A DNA stretch of 15,642 nucleotides, from positions 1 to 15,642 of IMG/VR virus record IMGVR_UViG_3300029700_000039, one strand, 5' to 3'. Shown here one piece after another: positions 12,994 to 15,642 of the stretch. The notes under the pieces are model-generated. The model was not told the DNA's origin, did no database searches, and saw nothing but the letters and a program-made list of their open reading frames with translations. Source of the DNA: a virus. The translations under genes were made by a program, and so were the position numbers. The stretch's first letter is position 1. Each line of letters begins with the position of its first letter.

Positions 12994-14811
12994 GTGGTAG
13001 ATTTTCAGGGGGATCCCGTCGACATGAGCGGCGTCACCCTCCGCGGCGCTGTCCGTCTCAAGACAGGCGTCGCCGAGTTCGGCTTTTCCCGCGACGATGA
13101 GGGTAACGGCGTGCTTTCCTGGGCTTCGGTGCCTGCGGGCAGGTGGTCCTACGACGTCTTCATGGACGACGGAAACGAGGAAAGACCGCTGCTCTACGGA
13201 TGCTTTGTTTCTGCGGGCCGTGTAACGCCTGACTTGCCGGACGAACAGCAGGCCGTGGCGGGCGCGGTCGTCGTGCAGCTGCCGGAAGGAAGCGGCTGCG
13301 TGCAGGTCATGCTTGACAACGCGTCCAGCGCCGCCTGGTATGCGGAGCAGGCCAAGAAGTACGCCACCAATGCGGGCAATTCCGAAGTAAGTGCGGCCAA
13401 TTCCGCAGCCGCTGCGGCTTCTTCCGCTACCGACGCGGCTGCGTCTGCAGCCAGTGCCGCGTCCTCGTCTTCGGATGCGGCCCATTCCGCCGCAAACGCG
13501 GCGTCCTCGGAAGCCAAGGCGGCCAGCTCCGAAGCCAATGCCATGAGTTCTGCAACCGCAGCCGCCGCTTCTGCTTCTAATGCGTCCATGTCCGAAGCCA
13601 ATGCCGCGTCCTCTCAATCCTCCGCCGCTGCGTCTGCTTCTGATGCCGCGTCTTCCTCCGCATCCGCGTCCACGTCTGCCCATAATGCCGCCGCATCCGA
13701 ATCCTCTGCTGAAAGTTACGCAGCCGCGGCATCCAAGTCGGTCTCCGATGCTGCGACATCCGCCACAAGTGCGGCCAATTCCGCGACGGCGGCGGCTAAC
13801 GCCCTGGCGGCCATGCCGCAGGTGGACGCATCCGGCAACATGACGCTGGCCGGAGGTCTTACGGCGGCGGGGGCTATTAACGCCAACGGCGGCGTCAACA
13901 TCCCGCTGGCTGTGGGCGCGCCGACGGATACGTCAGCGGTCAATCGCCTGCATGCCGCAGGCTTGGCCGGAGTGACGGACATTTTTTCCCAGCACGCCTA
14001 CCTCAACACGGGCAGCATTACGGCGACAGGGACGGCGGCAACTACCGTTCTCATTCCCGGCCAGTATGCGCAGGTTAGAGTGCCTGCCGGGACTCACAGC
14101 ACGATTGTCTTTCCCTTCACAGGGCCTAACGGTCAACATAATTATTCCAACTTTGCGGGATTCTCCATTCCGTGGCGCATACTCGGCGCAGGCAAAATTA
14201 CCATAGGCATCGGACGAGGCAGCAAAACGACAAGATCTGATTTAACGCTGGATTCTTACAGCGTCATCCCCGGTAACAATCTGGCCCACAACAGCGGCGA
14301 AATTCTGGACATTACCTTTGATAATATCAGAGACACACAGCGCAACGGCTATACGGTGCGAGTGCGTGAGATTTACGCGCTGACAGCCGCAGATGGCTGG
14401 AAAGTGAAAACCACAACCAGCTTTATTCCGGCCTCCCATAACGAGCCTATACCTTCAATCGTTAATAAAATTATCTATCATCAACGAACCCAGTACAAAT
14501 TCGAGAGCGAATATATTTCGTACGGCAGCCTCTATTTGCTGACGGGCGGAGGGCAGACGGTGCAGCTGCATAAAATTGCGGCGGTGCGCGGCGTTAATGC
14601 CTTTGAAACGGGCGTAGGGATTAGTTCGATAGTTACTGATTTGCCGGGGAACGCGAGCGGGGATGTGTACATGCAGGTGGGGTCTGCGGTGCGCACCCTC
14701 TACCAGCCCGGCAACATCAATCCCGTTTATTACGCGCTGGAAGCATTGGCAAGAAACGATATTGAAGCCGAAGAAACGGCAGATTTTGTGGACATTAACA
14801 TACCCCTCTAA
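12994..14811 (+). CDS. Tail fibre protein
   Basis: 605 aa from GTG 12994 (frame open from 12880). A ~150-aa Ala/Ser-rich periodic segment (SAANSAAAAASSATDAAASAASAASS...) is typical of side-tail-fibre shafts such as lambda Stf-like proteins. The C-terminal domain is distinct and lower in GC. Confidence 0.8.
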   Translation: MVDFQGDPVDMSGVTLRGAVRLKTGVAEFGFSRDDEGNGVLSWASVPAGRWSYDVFMDDGNEERPLLYGCFVSAGRVTPDLPDEQQAVAGAVVVQLPEGSGCVQVMLDNASSAAWYAEQAKKYATNAGNSEVSAANSAAAAASSATDAAASAASAASSSSDAAHSAANAASSEAKAASSEANAMSSATAAAASASNASMSEANAASSQSSAAASASDAASSSASASTSAHNAAASESSAESYAAAASKSVSDAATSATSAANSATAAANALAAMPQVDASGNMTLAGGLTAAGAINANGGVNIPLAVGAPTDTSAVNRLHAAGLAGVTDIFSQHAYLNTGSITATGTAATTVLIPGQYAQVRVPAGTHSTIVFPFTGPNGQHNYSNFAGFSIPWRILGAGKITIGIGRGSKTTRSDLTLDSYSVIPGNNLAHNSGEILDITFDNIRDTQRNGYTVRVREIYALTAADGWKVKTTTSFIPASHNEPIPSIVNKIIYHQRTQYKFESEYISYGSLYLLTGGGQTVQLHKIAAVRGVNAFETGVGISSIVTDLPGNASGDVYMQVGSAVRTLYQPGNINPVYYALEALARNDIEAEETADFVDINIPL

Positions 14812-15218
14812 TGATGAACGACGCAGAAATACAAATTCAGTTTCCGAAGCCTGGAACATGGCAGGAATTCACTCTGACGCCCATTTATCAGGACAAGGGC
14901 GGATATAGACCTCCGGCACGCTATACGCAGGACGAGATACCGGCGGAGCAGGCACCGGCCATGCAGGCCGTTGTTGCCGCGCTGGTTGGACTGGCGGAAC
15001 CGTGGCAGGCGGTGCAGGTGTGGGCAAGGCTGGGAAAAGATGTCCTGACCCTTGCGGAGGATGGTGCCTATACAATGATTGATGCGGTGTCTTTGACCGT
15101 TGAGGCCGTCCATGCGGAGACCAAAGGCCGCAGGATTTTTACAGTCTCGGACTACCCGGTTTTTGTCCTCACGGACCCCGCCGCCGTGGAGTTTTTCAAG
15201 CATTTCACTAAACAATAA
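14811..15218 (+). CDS. Hypothetical protein downstream of the fibre (possible fibre accessory/chaperone)
   Basis: 135 aa. Its ATG overlaps the fibre stop (TAATG). No motif recognised. Confidence 0.55.
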   Translation: MMNDAEIQIQFPKPGTWQEFTLTPIYQDKGGYRPPARYTQDEIPAEQAPAMQAVVAALVGLAEPWQAVQVWARLGKDVLTLAEDGAYTMIDAVSLTVEAVHAETKGRRIFTVSDYPVFVLTDPAAVEFFKHFTKQ

Positions 15219-15221
15219 ACC

Positions 15222-15500
15222 ATGAACATCAATAAACAAGACATTGAAAAGGCCCAGCAGGCGGCATCCGCCCGCTGGGGGAATTGGGTCAAGTACGTCA
15301 TCGGTGCCATTATCGGGGCGTTGGCCGCTGCTGGCTATATCACCGTAACTGGCTGCGGGCACTCCGTGGACGTCACCCCGGACCGCACCGAGGTATGCAA
15401 GGACGGCTCCTGCCTGGTGCTGGAACCGGGGCATATCTCCTACAGTCAGGCCCAGCCTGTTACGGACGTTCCGCCCATCGTGCAAACACTCAAGAAGTAA
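15222..15500 (+). CDS. Small membrane-anchored protein / putative lipoprotein
   Basis: 92 aa. The hydrophobic stretch WVKYVIGAIIGALAAAGYITV is followed by a lipobox-like VTGC (Cys45). The mature part is short with 3 more Cys and a Pro-rich tail. Confidence 0.55.
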   Translation: MNINKQDIEKAQQAASARWGNWVKYVIGAIIGALAAAGYITVTGCGHSVDVTPDRTEVCKDGSCLVLEPGHISYSQAQPVTDVPPIVQTLKK

Positions 15501-15504
15501 AGGC

Positions 15505-15642
15505 ATGTGTAAGCTCTCCGAAGTACCGGCACGTTTCCTGGATTTTGCCGAGGCTTCCCCCGTGTTTGCCTGCGTCCTGATGTCGCTGACGATATGCGGC
15601 GGGGCATGCTTGTACATCGGGGAGGTGGTCAGCCACCACAAT
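15505..15642 (+). CDS. Partial CDS (5' end), small membrane protein
   Basis: ATG at 15505 is open to the window end: MCKLSEVPARFLDFAEASPVFACVLMSLTICGGACLYIGEVVSHHN. It has one clear hydrophobic helix. It is absent from the ORF track because it is truncated. Confidence 0.4.
   Translation, partial: MCKLSEVPARFLDFAEASPVFACVLMSLTICGGACLYIGEVVSHHN

Noticed and set aside
12877-12996. Programmed TGA read-through or recoding fusing the 185-aa protein to the tail fibre (same frame, single stop, no further stop before GTG 12994)
   Set aside because: The same frame occurs one time in three by chance. The intervening 38 codons include a GC-rich terminator-like hairpin plus a T-tract and translate to an implausible RVSPGGALRPRILFFPRQQ. 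No other evidence of stop-codon reassignment was seen, since genes end on TAA, TAG and TGA alike. I kept only a low-interest note in the findings.
12886-13683. 265-aa minus-strand ORF (Arg/Gly-rich, MGRRGRGCGGRRG...) and the nested 135-aa ORF at 13194-13601, both antisense to the tail fibre gene
   Set aside because: They are mirror images of the GC-rich GCN/TCN codon repeats of the Ala/Ser shaft. Their composition is extremely low-complexity, there is no start context, and the plus-strand gene has a coherent fibre architecture.
13369-13815. Ala/Ser-codon repeat region considered as a CRISPR-like array, a DGR variable region or a contingency-locus repeat
   Set aside because: There is no regular repeat-spacer structure. 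The periodicity is at the amino-acid level (coiled-coil-like shaft). No reverse transcriptase or template repeat is visible in the window.
14808-15641. 277-aa minus-strand ORF spanning the post-fibre region
   Set aside because: The translation is rich in Arg, Cys, His and Leu with no domain-like pattern. It covers three well-spaced, translationally coupled plus-strand genes (TAATG junction, short gaps) that continue the operon orientation.

Overview
The window looks like one contiguous piece of a temperate tailed-phage or prophage genome from a moderately GC-rich host. Hand counts give about 60-67% GC in typical coding lines, with a few clearly AT-richer islands. No searches were run, so every family name comes from motif recognition in the supplied translations.

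Layout:
(1) 1-1585 (+), replication module. It has a lambda-O-like replisome organiser that carries iteron-like hexamers inside its own linker-coding region, followed by a DnaC/IstB-like helicase loader.
(2) 1623-2992 (-), lower-GC accessory block. It holds a strongly acidic 121-aa protein overlapping a small HTH gene, both behind a promoter with a perfect 23-bp palindrome. Next comes a 282-nt non-coding gap with stacked tetraloop hairpins and a bidirectional terminator (candidate small RNA), then a double zinc-ribbon protein.
(3) 3036-15642 (+), late operon. It encodes small and large terminase, a DUF935-type portal, a Mu gpI-type protease/scaffold, a DUF2190-like decoration protein, a lambda-gpE-like major capsid protein, connector/neck proteins, a Mu-F-like minor head protein, two tiny proteins, a 185-aa structural protein followed by a terminator, a 605-aa Ala/Ser-rich tail fibre with a low-GC C-terminus, and small membrane/lipoprotein genes.

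Best candidates for something new: the acidic-protein/HTH/operator cassette (anti-defence, Acr-Aca-like or DNA-mimic architecture); the adjacent structured RNA; the ori embedded in the initiator gene; and conserved-looking N-terminal coding sequence in terS and the capsid gene that has no ATG/GTG/TTG start.

No tRNA, rRNA, CRISPR array, integrase or transposase was seen.
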